From the IMG/VR virus record IMGVR_UViG_2541047747_000003: 54,039 bases of DNA; one strand, given 5' to 3'. This DNA is from a virus (lineage: Duplodnaviria > Heunggongvirae > Uroviricota > Caudoviricetes). Position 1 is the first letter of the stretch. Each line of letters opens with the position of its first letter. The position numbers and the translations under genes were made by a program. Shown here piece by piece: positions 1 through 9,504 of this stretch. The notes under the pieces are model-generated. The model ran no database searches. It had not been told where the DNA came from and worked only from the letters and a program-made list of their open reading frames with translations.

Positions 1-1215
1 ATGCTTACGGATACCAGGTTAAGGACTATTGCCAACAAGCCATATGACGGCCCAAGCGAGATAGCTGATCGTGACGGTCTGTCAGCCAGGATAAGTCCAA
101 AAGGGAAAATTACTTTCCAGTACCGTTACAGATTCAACGGCAAGCCAGTGCGAATGAAGATCGGCGAGTACGGGAAAATGAGTCTGAAAGACGCCCGCTA
201 TGCGGTGGCTGAATACAGGGAGTTGCTTGCGAAAGGGAAGAATCCGGCACTGTGCGTAAAGCAGGCCATAGCCTTTGAACAGGGCAAGAGATCGATAACA
301 GACGTAGTGGAAGACTATCTATCCCTGCCGAACGTCATTAAGCTGGTGGCATATAAAGAAGTCAAAAGCGCATTGATGCGCCATGTTGTCAACAAGTACG
401 GCGACTACATAGCTGACGACGTAACGACAAAACAGTGGATGGATATATTTGGCGAGATCACTGCGGCGGGTCACGCGGTTACGGCTGGTTTGATATTGAA
501 GCGAATGAAAATCATCGTTAACAGCGCAATCAGGCGCGGGCTAATGACTAACACGGCGATAAACAATATCCGTGTAGCTGACGTTGGCGAGCATTATGCG
601 GTGGGGGAGCGTTACCTTTCATGTGAGGAGATAGGCCACTTCTGGCGCACGGTAGACAGTTCGCAGATCTATCCGCAGAACAAAATAGCCTTAAAGCTAT
701 TATTGCTAACCGGGTGTAGGGTTGGTGAATTGCAGAAAATGAGAAGGGAACACCTAGACCTGGACAACGGTGTATGGACCGTTCCGGCGGCGGTGGCGAA
801 GACAAGAAGTGAAATCAGGCGGGGATTATCTGACTTGTCGATAAAAATGCTCAGGGAGGTTTTAACCTCCCATGAGTATGATTATGTATTCCCGCCAGTG
901 ATTAACGGCGGCAACAGGCCAGTAAACGCATCAGTGATAAAAGTAGCTGCAATATTCGTGCGTAAAAGGATGGGCGGTAAATCATGGTCCTGTCACGACC
1001 TCCGCAGGACGTGCCGGACACACCTTTCAGCTATAGGTGTTCCGGTACATATTGCAGAAAAGATCTTAGGCCATTCATTAAGGGGAATACTGGCGGTGTA
1101 CGACAAATATGATTATCTTGATGAACAAAAGGAGGCACTAAATAAGTTTGCTGATTATGTGTTATCTTTGGCTGACGTTAAACCAATCCGATCAAAGAAC
1201 TGCATTACGTCCTGA
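1..1215 (+). CDS. int: Tyrosine recombinase / phage integrase (P4-type)
   Basis: 404-aa ORF starting at position 1; C-terminal HDLRRT...H...LGH..Y-type catalytic signature and N-terminal arm typical of P4-family integrases. Confidence 0.85.
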   Translation: MLTDTRLRTIANKPYDGPSEIADRDGLSARISPKGKITFQYRYRFNGKPVRMKIGEYGKMSLKDARYAVAEYRELLAKGKNPALCVKQAIAFEQGKRSITDVVEDYLSLPNVIKLVAYKEVKSALMRHVVNKYGDYIADDVTTKQWMDIFGEITAAGHAVTAGLILKRMKIIVNSAIRRGLMTNTAINNIRVADVGEHYAVGERYLSCEEIGHFWRTVDSSQIYPQNKIALKLLLLTGCRVGELQKMRREHLDLDNGVWTVPAAVAKTRSEIRRGLSDLSIKMLREVLTSHEYDYVFPPVINGGNRPVNASVIKVAAIFVRKRMGGKSWSCHDLRRTCRTHLSAIGVPVHIAEKILGHSLRGILAVYDKYDYLDEQKEALNKFADYVLSLADVKPIRSKNCITS

Positions 1216-1385
1216 TAGCGGTACATAACGCCACGCCCGGTCCCAAGTACGTCAACCGGGTCGGGGAACGGAGTTCCGTTCCGTTCCCATTTTTTACGCC
1301 ATAAGTAAAACGTTCCCCTGCTAATTCCCCCAAGCATCCGGCAGATGGCAGGGCGACTAAGAAGGATTGTCCCGGTTTTATCCAT
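1155..1385 (-). CDS. AlpA/Xis-family HTH DNA-binding protein (putative excisionase)
   Basis: 76-aa ORF next to int; HTH-like segment LLSRPAICRMLGGISRGTFYLWRKK followed by FPDPV..GRGVMYRYQDV; overlaps the int 3' end. Confidence 0.55.
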   Translation of the reverse strand: MDKTGTILLSRPAICRMLGGISRGTFYLWRKKWERNGTPFPDPVDVLGTGRGVMYRYQDVMQFFDRIGLTSAKDNT

Positions 1386-2047
1386 TATTTATCCCCCGTG
1401 TATTCAACGTGTCCGATACATCCATCAATAATAGCTTGCGCCATATTGCGATAATCGCACGAAAAATCATTGTCGTGGTTAAAGTCAATCTCTTTTGCCG
1501 CGTCTTCACCCATAACATTGACAGCAAGTGCAAGCGCGATTTCAGCAAGTGCCTTTTCTTTCGGATCTATATGCAGCTTGAAAGAGCATGTTGTCCATGA
1601 TAGCGGCCTCTCGCCACAAAAATCTTCCTTGCTTTCACATATAGCCCATTTATCACCAACATATTTAAACCTGACGACATCAAGAATAGTTCCACTTGTC
1701 AAACCTACGCAATCAAGCCACACATTAACAGGAGGCTTATCACCTACGACCCATTCCGTTTTTTCTTGTTGTGTTTCGCAGTCACGGCGTTCATCTTCGA
1801 TTAATCCATCAATAATTTCACTTTCTTTATTCATGCCGTCATCATCCTTGTTAGATAAATTAGCGTATTTATCAAATTTCCAGCTTGCCGCCATAACTGA
1901 ATAAGTGCCGCGAGTATCAGCGCGGACGCCAACTAAATAGCATGATCCAAAATTGTATTCCGTGCGGCATGTTGTTACCTCAAACGATGGGTAAACATCA
2001 GGGTTAGTGCGATGACGAATTATGCCAATTACTCTTGATTCACTCAT
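1385..2047 (-). CDS. Hypothetical protein
   Basis: Long ORF; start taken at MSESRVIG with a GAGGA RBS; its stop overlaps the downstream AlpA-like start. Confidence 0.5.
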   Translation of the reverse strand: MSESRVIGIIRHRTNPDVYPSFEVTTCRTEYNFGSCYLVGVRADTRGTYSVMAASWKFDKYANLSNKDDDGMNKESEIIDGLIEDERRDCETQQEKTEWVVGDKPPVNVWLDCVGLTSGTILDVVRFKYVGDKWAICESKEDFCGERPLSWTTCSFKLHIDPKEKALAEIALALAVNVMGEDAAKEIDFNHDNDFSCDYRNMAQAIIDGCIGHVEYTGDK

Positions 2048-2062
2048 TTTGTTTATCCTCAA

Positions 2063-2239
2063 TTACGCCACTGTTACATTGTCAACCTTAATAAAATATT
2101 CAGGATGATTTTCTATTTCGTGCTTAAAGTGCGCGTGACACAATCGCCACTCACGCGCCTGGTTGTGAAAGTAATAAACGTATTCGCCATCAACCTTATA
2201 CAAAATGCCTGTAGGTTTAGCCATGTAATAACTAGCCAT
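2063..2239 (-). CDS. Hypothetical small protein (58 aa)
   Basis: Hand-translated ORF MASYYMAKPTGILYKVDGEYVYY...; start overlaps the NinB stop (TAATG coupling). Confidence 0.35.
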   Translation of the reverse strand: MASYYMAKPTGILYKVDGEYVYYFHNQAREWRLCHAHFKHEIENHPEYFIKVDNVTVA

Positions 2240-2670
2240 TATTGCCCCCAGCGTTTTATAAATTCCTCGTTTAATTTCGTATCACCTGACCATTGAACAT
2301 TATGTTCAGCACCGAACGAGTAGATCAGTTCGATTAATTCGCTAAATTCCGCTTTACTCATCCGGCTGGTTGATGTTCCCAGCACAACAAAGCCTGATTT
2401 GTCCAGGTTAGGGACAACGCCATATTTCTTAAGCCCGGCAGTGAATACCGCCTTCCAGTCTTCAGGTGACAGCTTTCTGCCGTACCAGTTAACCTGATCG
2501 CTAACGTCTGTCAGCAACGCCCAAAGCAACGCGTTTTGACTCAGTGAGCGGGTTTTCTCCTGGATGGTGATTATCAGCGGGCTTTTGCTATCAGGCTGTA
2601 TCTCCCTTATCTGCCTGATAGCGTTTTCTTTTACGGCGTCATTTACTATCTCAAATCTTATTTGCCTCAT
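2239..2670 (-). CDS. ninB: NinB/Orf-family recombination protein
   Basis: 143 aa; aligns along its length with lambda NinB as recalled from memory (FEI...NAI..I..I.P....P..ITIQE..RSL.QN..LWA.L.DVS.QV.W.GR.L..E.WK.VFTA.LK...VVPNL...GFVV.G.STSRM...EF.EL.ELI..FG). Confidence 0.8.
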   Translation of the reverse strand: MRQIRFEIVNDAVKENAIRQIREIQPDSKSPLIITIQEKTRSLSQNALLWALLTDVSDQVNWYGRKLSPEDWKAVFTAGLKKYGVVPNLDKSGFVVLGTSTSRMSKAEFSELIELIYSFGAEHNVQWSGDTKLNEEFIKRWGQ

Positions 2671-2864
2671 GATACATCGTTACTATTTTTCCACTGTGCC
2701 CGCGCATACATGATCGCCTGCAAAGAAATTAGGCGCGAGCTTGTCATAAAAGCGCCTTTTAAATGTTTCATATCAACCACAACAGGCTTATCAGGATCGT
2801 CGCAGCGCATGTATTCCGCAATTGTGCTTAAGTCTTCCACGGTCAAATCTAACTCCCTATTCAT
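2667..2864 (-). CDS. Hypothetical protein
   Basis: 65-aa ORF translationally coupled to ninB. Confidence 0.4.
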   Translation of the reverse strand: MNRELDLTVEDLSTIAEYMRCDDPDKPVVVDMKHLKGAFMTSSRLISLQAIMYARAQWKNSNDVS

Positions 2865-2873
2865 AATCGCCCC

Positions 2874-3080
2874 TTACACAATACGCATTGTGTTTCGTAA
2901 TTCCCCGCGCAGCGCCCGCAGCGCGTCACGCATTGGTACAAAAAACCGGTTAAATTTTACGTGTTTATATTTCCGCATTAGTGGCGGTGTATAAACCATC
3001 GCGCCGCAAGAATTGCATGGGAAACGGAAATGTGATTCATCAATGAATGTTTCAACTGAATAAAAGATTACACGTTTCAT
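2874..3080 (-). CDS. Hypothetical protein (Cys-containing)
   Basis: 68-aa ORF overlapping the stop of the upstream gene. Confidence 0.4.
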   Translation of the reverse strand: MKRVIFYSVETFIDESHFRFPCNSCGAMVYTPPLMRKYKHVKFNRFFVPMRDALRALRGELRNTMRIV

Positions 3081-3634
3081 AATTCCAACCCAGTTTCACC
3101 ATTAAGTTTTTCGATCTCAAATACTGGTTTATCCGGCAGCAGGCCGTTATTTTTCCGGTATTCATTCAGGCGGCTGTCAAAATCAAACGCGAGATCATTA
3201 GCGTGACCAAAGCGACCAGGTTTAAACAGTGAGTAAAAATTAAGGCCGTGTTTATTGGTATCTATGCAAAGCGTTTCATCCAGCACCATTAAACGCAGCG
3301 TGCGCGAAAGGTAATTCAACGGAATGCCAGTTTCCGCGCTAATATCTCTCATTCGCTTTCTAACGTTGTAGCCAGTAAATAACGCGGCTACACGCTCGCG
3401 TCGTTGTTCGTATAAATATTTAATTCGATAGCCCAGCAAGCGGCGGCGCGGGCCAAAATATGTATACACCCGCTCAACCAGATTAGTGTCGATCAGGTGT
3501 TTAACTGTTTCCGGCAAGCATCCGGCTTCGTCGTATTCCGCTGATAATCCGGTTTTCTGGCGTAGCTGGTGCATTGTTGCGATGCCATCAAGTTCAAGGA
3601 TATTGATAATTTTTGATTCAAGTTCAATGCTCAT
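3077..3634 (-). CDS. Hypothetical protein, probable winged-helix DNA-binding
   Basis: 185-aa ORF immediately downstream of the helicase gene in the same operon. Confidence 0.5.
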   Translation of the reverse strand: MSIELESKIINILELDGIATMHQLRQKTGLSAEYDEAGCLPETVKHLIDTNLVERVYTYFGPRRRLLGYRIKYLYEQRRERVAALFTGYNVRKRMRDISAETGIPLNYLSRTLRLMVLDETLCIDTNKHGLNFYSLFKPGRFGHANDLAFDFDSRLNEYRKNNGLLPDKPVFEIEKLNGETGLEL

Positions 3635-3713
3635 TGTTTTTTCGCCTCGTTTTAAGCGCGAAAACAGCCACCAGAAAGCGGTAAACTTTCCGGTAAGCCG
3701 TTTCTCAAGTTAA

Positions 3714-5129
3714 TTAAAAAGATGAGTTTGTCTGGTTATTTCGCTGGGAGAATCGGCTTGTCGCCTGACGTTGTTGCATTGACTGGATACACGCGGACGC
3801 CGCGCGGGCCTGGTCGCATGGTAAAATGTTGCCGTTATCATCAAACCGCTGGTAAACAGTACCCGTTTTCCCGTGACGGTTTTTTGAAACGATGATCTCC
3901 ATGTACTCGCGGGCAACTGATTGTTCGTTGTAGTAGCCGTCGCGGTAGACCATGATGATCCTGTCTGCGTCTTGTTCCAGATTGCCGGAATCACGCAGAT
4001 CAGAATTGTTAGGGCGCTTGTTCGGTCGTTCCTCAACGCGGCGGGATAACTGAGCCAGCGCAGCCACTGGCACGCGCAACTCTTTCGCCATCATTTTCAA
4101 TGACCACGACAATTGCCCTACAGCGAGATCGTGACGTTCTGCCTTAGCTAGCTTCATTAACCCGATGTAGTCAATCATTACCATACCCAGGTTGGGATAA
4201 TCCTGCTTCATTCGTTCAGTTGTGGCGCGTATTTCCTCGACAGTTAACTGTGATGCATCAACAATCCACACATCGAGATCAGCAAGTGCGCTCATTCCCT
4301 GGGCAACGTGCGCCCATCCTTCGTCATCCAGTTTTACCGGATTACGTAAGCAATCCGTTGACAAGTTCCCTGCGCCAGCGATAGCGCGTTCAGTCATCTG
4401 ATCGAGCGACATTTCAAGCGTGAACAGCAAAACGCCGACCCGCTGACCTTCTCCGCCAGGGTATTGTCGTTCAGCAGCCGCGCGGGCAATTGCCAACGCC
4501 AACGCCGATTTACCAGACCCTGGGCGTCCGGCGATAAGCACCAGATCAGTAGCGTTAATGCCGCCTAACATTTCGTCGAGTGGGTCAATCCCTGTTTTGA
4601 TGTTGTCAGAGTTCACGCCACACTCCATGCGTTTACTTAGCACTTCCGTGTATTCCTGGACAGCATCGCGCAACAGCACCGGGATAATCTGATCTTTTGT
4701 TACCTTTAATTTTGAATACCGGGAATCAAAATCTTTCATCGTCTCTTTGACGACCTCAAGTGTCCCAGTTTCCAGTTTGTAGCGCATATCGTCGATGAGT
4801 TCCAACATCTGCCGCCGCTGGTGCTCTTCACGTAGTAGCTGTGCATATCCCTTCAGGTTGGCAGCAGAAGGGCACGATCGCGCCGTTTGCATTAGCGGTA
4901 CAAAGTTTTCATTACCAATCTCATCACCAACCAGTAACGCGTCGATAAGATTTCTGTTTCTGGCTTGCGCCCGGATAATTTCAAAAGCCCGCTTATATAG
5001 CGGAATAGTGAATACTTCAGGATCGAGCGTAGCAAGAACGTCTTGCGCGTTAGGTGTAAGCCCGCCTAACAGGAGTCCGCCTATCACAGCAGACTCTCGT
5101 TCTTGTCGCAGTGAGTTAACAGAATCCAT
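3714..5129 (-). CDS. Replicative DNA helicase (DnaB-like)
   Basis: 471 aa; Walker A GRPGSGKSALAL, DnaB-type N-terminal domain and RecA-like C-terminal core. Confidence 0.85.
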   Translation of the reverse strand: MDSVNSLRQERESAVIGGLLLGGLTPNAQDVLATLDPEVFTIPLYKRAFEIIRAQARNRNLIDALLVGDEIGNENFVPLMQTARSCPSAANLKGYAQLLREEHQRRQMLELIDDMRYKLETGTLEVVKETMKDFDSRYSKLKVTKDQIIPVLLRDAVQEYTEVLSKRMECGVNSDNIKTGIDPLDEMLGGINATDLVLIAGRPGSGKSALALAIARAAAERQYPGGEGQRVGVLLFTLEMSLDQMTERAIAGAGNLSTDCLRNPVKLDDEGWAHVAQGMSALADLDVWIVDASQLTVEEIRATTERMKQDYPNLGMVMIDYIGLMKLAKAERHDLAVGQLSWSLKMMAKELRVPVAALAQLSRRVEERPNKRPNNSDLRDSGNLEQDADRIIMVYRDGYYNEQSVAREYMEIIVSKNRHGKTGTVYQRFDDNGNILPCDQARAASACIQSMQQRQATSRFSQRNNQTNSSF

Positions 5130-5147
5130 TATGGCATTACCTCCGGT

Positions 5148-6266
5148 TTACAAAATGGAATATTCAGGGTAATAAACAAAGCGCCCGATTTCCCCGTGAT
5201 CAGGACTGTAAATTATTACCGCCGCCAGACGCCGCGACCGCCAGCCGCCATTCGTTGAATAAGCGTCTTTGCCCGCTAACGTGCCGTGATACTCAACAAC
5301 GCCTAACGATGATTCAATCAACCGTTGGTGGTGCCAGTGCCCGCAATGAGCATAAACCGCCGCAGACTTACCGAAATCTTCCCGCCAGTCAGAGACGCAG
5401 GCAGACAACAAATTTTCTGGTTTTTTGATGGTGTGTCCGTGGTGGTAAGCAAGGAATGTTTTGCCGTACTGTGTGTGGTGTACGATAGCAGGTGACACGT
5501 CAACCGTTACGCGCGGTTCATCTTCGTAAAAAGCCGCCAGCGCAGCACGTAGCCAAATCATCCCCGACTGATCGTGATTACCTGATAATACCTGGATTTC
5601 GATTTCTTTGTGGTTTAACAACATCTTTCCTACAGCACGGCGGACTGACCGGATCGCCACATAAACAAGTTTTGCGTAGCGTGAATCGCAATCAAGTACG
5701 TGATTGCTTGATGGCGTCACTGGCAACAGCCCATCAGTGTGAAGAACATCCCCACCGAGAAGCAATACAGCTTTTTCAGACATCGGCGCTGCGCCTACCG
5801 CGTAGTCAAAGAAATCATTTAGCACGCGTTCAGCGATCCCGGTGTCGTAGCTCTCACCGCATTCAGCTTTATGAGCAAGCGCCCCGATATGCAGATCGAA
5901 TACCGGATAAAGGGCCAGGCTTTTTTGGAAATCAATTTCCGGCACTGGCACGGCCTCCGCGCGTGGCATGTCTTCCGTGAAAGCATCGCAAGCCGCTTGC
6001 ATTAGCCTTTCCATTTCATCGCGATCACGGGCTGTTTTAATCCAGCGCATAATCACATTGCCATCCTTATCGACGAGCAATGACTCACCATTGACGCCAA
6101 AGCCCGGCGCGCGACGCGTGGATATTAAACCGCGTTTCGCCAACCGTGCGCCCAGGCGTTCGACGTTGCGTTTTGCCATTCCATATTCTTCTGCTATTTG
6201 CTTGTAAGTTTTCCCCTTGTTGTACTCGGCGATCAGTTCCTCATCGCTGATCTTTCTTTGTGACAT
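5148..6266 (-). CDS. HTH domain fused to calcineurin-like metallophosphoesterase
   Basis: 372 aa; N-terminal HTH (KTYKQIAEEYGMAKRNVERL); metallophosphatase motifs GDVLH, GNHD, HHGH, GHWHH. Confidence 0.7.
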   Translation of the reverse strand: MSQRKISDEELIAEYNKGKTYKQIAEEYGMAKRNVERLGARLAKRGLISTRRAPGFGVNGESLLVDKDGNVIMRWIKTARDRDEMERLMQAACDAFTEDMPRAEAVPVPEIDFQKSLALYPVFDLHIGALAHKAECGESYDTGIAERVLNDFFDYAVGAAPMSEKAVLLLGGDVLHTDGLLPVTPSSNHVLDCDSRYAKLVYVAIRSVRRAVGKMLLNHKEIEIQVLSGNHDQSGMIWLRAALAAFYEDEPRVTVDVSPAIVHHTQYGKTFLAYHHGHTIKKPENLLSACVSDWREDFGKSAAVYAHCGHWHHQRLIESSLGVVEYHGTLAGKDAYSTNGGWRSRRLAAVIIYSPDHGEIGRFVYYPEYSIL

Positions 6267-6443
6267 AACGTTATTACCTCCGGTTCGCGGAATGAGTATT
6301 TATTCATAAATAACTAATTTTTATTAACATGGATTTCACGGTGTCAAAAAATGCCAGTAGGGTTAATCAACAACTTATGCAAATTGAAATAACCACTTAA
6401 TGAATAACCAATCGTATACATTACGGTTTACAATTTGTATACA

Positions 6444-7499
6444 TTAGGATATAGCACAACGGAAAAACTTGCACCCCAAATAATCTTCAATGCGTTTTTG
6501 TCTTATCGCATCGCTTTTTACTTGCCGTTTGTGATGTGACTCATCAATTTCTACAGCAACGTTATTCACAGGATCGTAGCCATCAATAAAATACTTATTG
6601 CCAGCAACATCAACAGGATATTGCCTTATTAATTTAACTCCTTTTAGTTTTTCATACATAGTTAAGCCAGCATGTTCATAACGCTTCCTAATCATATTTT
6701 TACAATTATCTCTCATTTCTGATAATTTCGAGTCGCACTCCTTTTTTATTTCTTCAATTACATTTTTATCGCTTTTTAATTCAATAAAGTTTTCTATGTC
6801 GTTATAATTCCCGCATTCAAAATTATTATTAAGACCTTTATTTTCACCCCATGCATGATACTTTTCTGCCATCTTATCGCTAATATATCTTTCATACCCA
6901 TAATTTGTTTTAACTATAAAATATTCAATATTTAAATCAATGGTAAACTCATCATTATTGAGGTGTTCAGTTAAAAACGCATCTGGATCTGCAATATCGC
7001 TTGAATGGAACAACCTTACCCATAGTTTTTCTATTGATACTCCGCGAGTGACGAACAACCATTTTTTGTACTTTTCAGCATCTTCTTTTGACACATACAC
7101 AGAACATCGCCCAGGAGTATCACTCGTTTCAACATAATTGTTACACCATAAAATATAATTATAAGCATAAGGACTATCTTTTTTGGTGTTATTTGAATAT
7201 TTATTAAAGATATCTTGCAAGTCAACTAATCCACAAGATTCAATAACTGGCTTAACCCATTTTTCATTATATTCATAATGTCTATATTTACCAGGTGTAA
7301 CGAATCTAATAAACGTTATGGGTGTGATATACACATCATCACCATCAACAATAAAATCCTTGTATTCCTCAAATCCGTAAAGATCAGAGTATTTAACAAA
7401 TGATTTAAGTCTATCAATTTCAAGTTCAGAAACCAGATTATTAACAGACAGTAATTGCGTGTCCTTACAATTGAGTTTCATATGATAAGTAGCAATCAT
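6444..7499 (-). CDS. Low-GC accessory protein with C-terminal Vsr/DUF559-like (PD-(D/E)xK-type) nuclease motif
   Basis: Start chosen at MIATYHM with an AGGAGG RBS; visibly AT-rich against neighbours; C-terminal VAVEIDESHH...SD..R...I...LGCKFFR matches the E.DG..H...D..R...L..G..VLRF pattern. Confidence 0.55.
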   Translation of the reverse strand: MIATYHMKLNCKDTQLLSVNNLVSELEIDRLKSFVKYSDLYGFEEYKDFIVDGDDVYITPITFIRFVTPGKYRHYEYNEKWVKPVIESCGLVDLQDIFNKYSNNTKKDSPYAYNYILWCNNYVETSDTPGRCSVYVSKEDAEKYKKWLFVTRGVSIEKLWVRLFHSSDIADPDAFLTEHLNNDEFTIDLNIEYFIVKTNYGYERYISDKMAEKYHAWGENKGLNNNFECGNYNDIENFIELKSDKNVIEEIKKECDSKLSEMRDNCKNMIRKRYEHAGLTMYEKLKGVKLIRQYPVDVAGNKYFIDGYDPVNNVAVEIDESHHKRQVKSDAIRQKRIEDYLGCKFFRCAIS

Positions 7500-7650
7500 A
7501 TATACCTCCTTTATTAATTTTCTATATAACGCCTCAGACGAGCTACAACGCAAAAATCCCACCGCGTAACCCGTTTACAGGTTGCAGTGTCTTATTGCGC
7601 TAGAGGCGCTATCAGGTGGCTAATTTTCGATTTACAGAATGGTAGGTAGG

Positions 7651-7752
7651 TTATGGATTGATTAGCAGGTACAGACCGCCGAACAAGGCGACGTTAACAG
7701 CGATTGCCGCAGCGATGGCAAAAGCCAGGGCGAAAACGTGTTTACCGGCCAT
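7651..7752 (-). CDS. Small hydrophobic membrane peptide (33 aa)
   Basis: Hand-translated MAGKHVFALAFAIAAAIAVNVALFGGLYLLINP; GAGAGGA RBS 7 nt upstream; below the ORF-track size cut-off. Confidence 0.4.
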   Translation of the reverse strand: MAGKHVFALAFAIAAAIAVNVALFGGLYLLINP

Positions 7753-7885
7753 TTTAAAATCCTCTCTGTAACGCCCTATAACGAGCTAATCGCAAAAAGG
7801 TAAGCAAGTGTAGCACCACATGCGATTTAGCTCGCTGGTGAGGTTGTTTTGTGGGTAATTTTGGATTTTTGAGGATCGTGATTGG

Positions 7886-8938
7886 TCAAAGAACGCCAGC
7901 GCGCGTATCACGTAGCGTTTTTGGTTTAAGCAGGAAATCAAGTGTCGCGGTGAAGCCATCGCCGAAGTAAAAATCTGAAGCCGTGTTTTTGAACGTTTCG
8001 AAGTAGGCGACAAAGCCGTTAATGCTTTTGTCTTTCAGGTAGTCAGTGAACGCATAGATCTTGCGTTCAAGATCCCGATCCAGTTCGGCAGGTGGTAACA
8101 GGCCGTCAAACGTGCTGTTAAATGCTTCCACCACGTCGGCAGCGTTTACAGTGGCTGACAGTTTGCGCCATTGTTCAGCATCAGTCAGATACCCATCAAA
8201 TTTAGTTACCCGGCAAATGTTGATAGGCTTAGGTACTCCACCACGGCTACGCCATTGGGTTAAAGCCCACTCAATTACTAACGTGATCTCATTCTCCGTA
8301 TACGCTTTACGTGTTTTTGTTTCTGTCAGTAGTTCTACGAATGGCTTAGCATCACGACATTTGCATCCTGCCTTGTCGTTGTAGAAGGCAAGGCAACGCA
8401 ATGCCGCTTCGTTTACGCCATCCTGATTGACCATTTTTTGTTCATTTTCGACAATACACGAAGTGTATATATCTTTTTCTCTTTCTTTTTCTACTTCTAA
8501 TTCTAATTCATGACCCTTTCCTGACCCGGTCATGACCCTATCATGACCTTTTTGTGTTGGATTGATTAACTTTTCTAATTTTAATCGCTCCTTCGCTGTG
8601 TTTATGGCGCCCCTGTAAGCGCTTTTAGAAGTCATTGATTGGTCCAGCCTTTTCAATAACTTTAAACAAGTTATGTGGCCTTGAGAACATTCAAACAAAC
8701 CAATTTCGATGAAGTATTTCATCATTTCTTCTATACGTTTTTCAGTAGATCCGACGTTTCGCGCAATTATTCTTGCGTCATGTCGTAGGTCAAAAGTTAG
8801 ATTGTGCTGATCTACGTCATAAGTTATTAGTTCTAGGCAATACCAATAAAGCCCGTACCCTTCCAGGCCATAATCTAACAAAACGTTTTGAAGTTTTTCA
8901 TCGCGGTTCGCATCGCTGTCATGCTTAAACCACTTCAT
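7886..8938 (-). CDS. Putative replication initiation protein
   Basis: 350 aa; N-terminus MKWFKHDSDANRDEKL...GLEGYGLYWYCLELI resembles the Lin1244/DUF4373-type domain of phage replisome organisers; occupies the O-gene position. Confidence 0.45.
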   Translation of the reverse strand: MKWFKHDSDANRDEKLQNVLLDYGLEGYGLYWYCLELITYDVDQHNLTFDLRHDARIIARNVGSTEKRIEEMMKYFIEIGLFECSQGHITCLKLLKRLDQSMTSKSAYRGAINTAKERLKLEKLINPTQKGHDRVMTGSGKGHELELEVEKEREKDIYTSCIVENEQKMVNQDGVNEAALRCLAFYNDKAGCKCRDAKPFVELLTETKTRKAYTENEITLVIEWALTQWRSRGGVPKPINICRVTKFDGYLTDAEQWRKLSATVNAADVVEAFNSTFDGLLPPAELDRDLERKIYAFTDYLKDKSINGFVAYFETFKNTASDFYFGDGFTATLDFLLKPKTLRDTRAGVL

Positions 8939-8941
8939 AGA

Positions 8942-9199
8942 TCATCCCTCCGGCAACATCACTACATAGACATCACTGAATGCATCAAGACGACAAACAA
9001 ATCCTTTATCCATTAACGCGGCGAAGGCATCATGTACCGTATGAACAGGAAGTTCACACATTGCGGCTACTTCTTTGCGTGATGCATCATGTACCCGTCC
9101 TTTGTTATCTGCCTTTTCAGCCAGAGCCATTAAGACAAGTTTTTGAATCGGGCTATTAAGTTTTACGTTCCATGCTTTACTAATCATGTTTATACTCAT
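8942..9199 (-). CDS. Putative HTH DNA-binding protein (Cro/CII-position regulator)
   Basis: First gene of the leftward operon, divergent from the repressor; start chosen at MSINMISK with an AGGAG RBS. Confidence 0.4.
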   Translation of the reverse strand: MSINMISKAWNVKLNSPIQKLVLMALAEKADNKGRVHDASRKEVAAMCELPVHTVHDAFAALMDKGFVCRLDAFSDVYVVMLPEG

Positions 9200-9504
9200 C
9201 GCATTTTCTCCTATGGTTAGAGTGAACGCGCGGGCGGGCATCCCATTAGCATTAGATAGCAGTGACTGACCGCTCAACAGATCCCGCCGTTGCGTGATAT
9301 TTGTTTTTCGCTTCGCAGCGACACCGGATTTTTAAAGAGCATAAGGTAAGTGCCTTTTTGTGCCTTCCGTTATCTTTTTCCTTGCGTCTTTGCAAGTATG
9401 GCCTTACCTTGTCTGCAAGTTTACAAAATGGAATTTTAAGATCAAGGCTTAAAATGCACGTTTTGTGACTTGCATCAAACTTTTTGAGGTTATAGGGTAG
9501 CGAC

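Noticed and set aside
1262-1290. Inverted repeat GGAACGGA / TCCGTTCC near the integrase 3' end, considered as an attachment-site core
   Set aside because: It lies within the coding sequence of the AlpA-like gene (encoding the ERNGTPFPDP segment), and no tRNA or duplicated core is present in the window.
5492-6207. Plus-strand ORFs (162 and 79 aa) inside the HTH-phosphoesterase gene
   Set aside because: Antisense to a gene carrying a complete metallophosphoesterase motif set.
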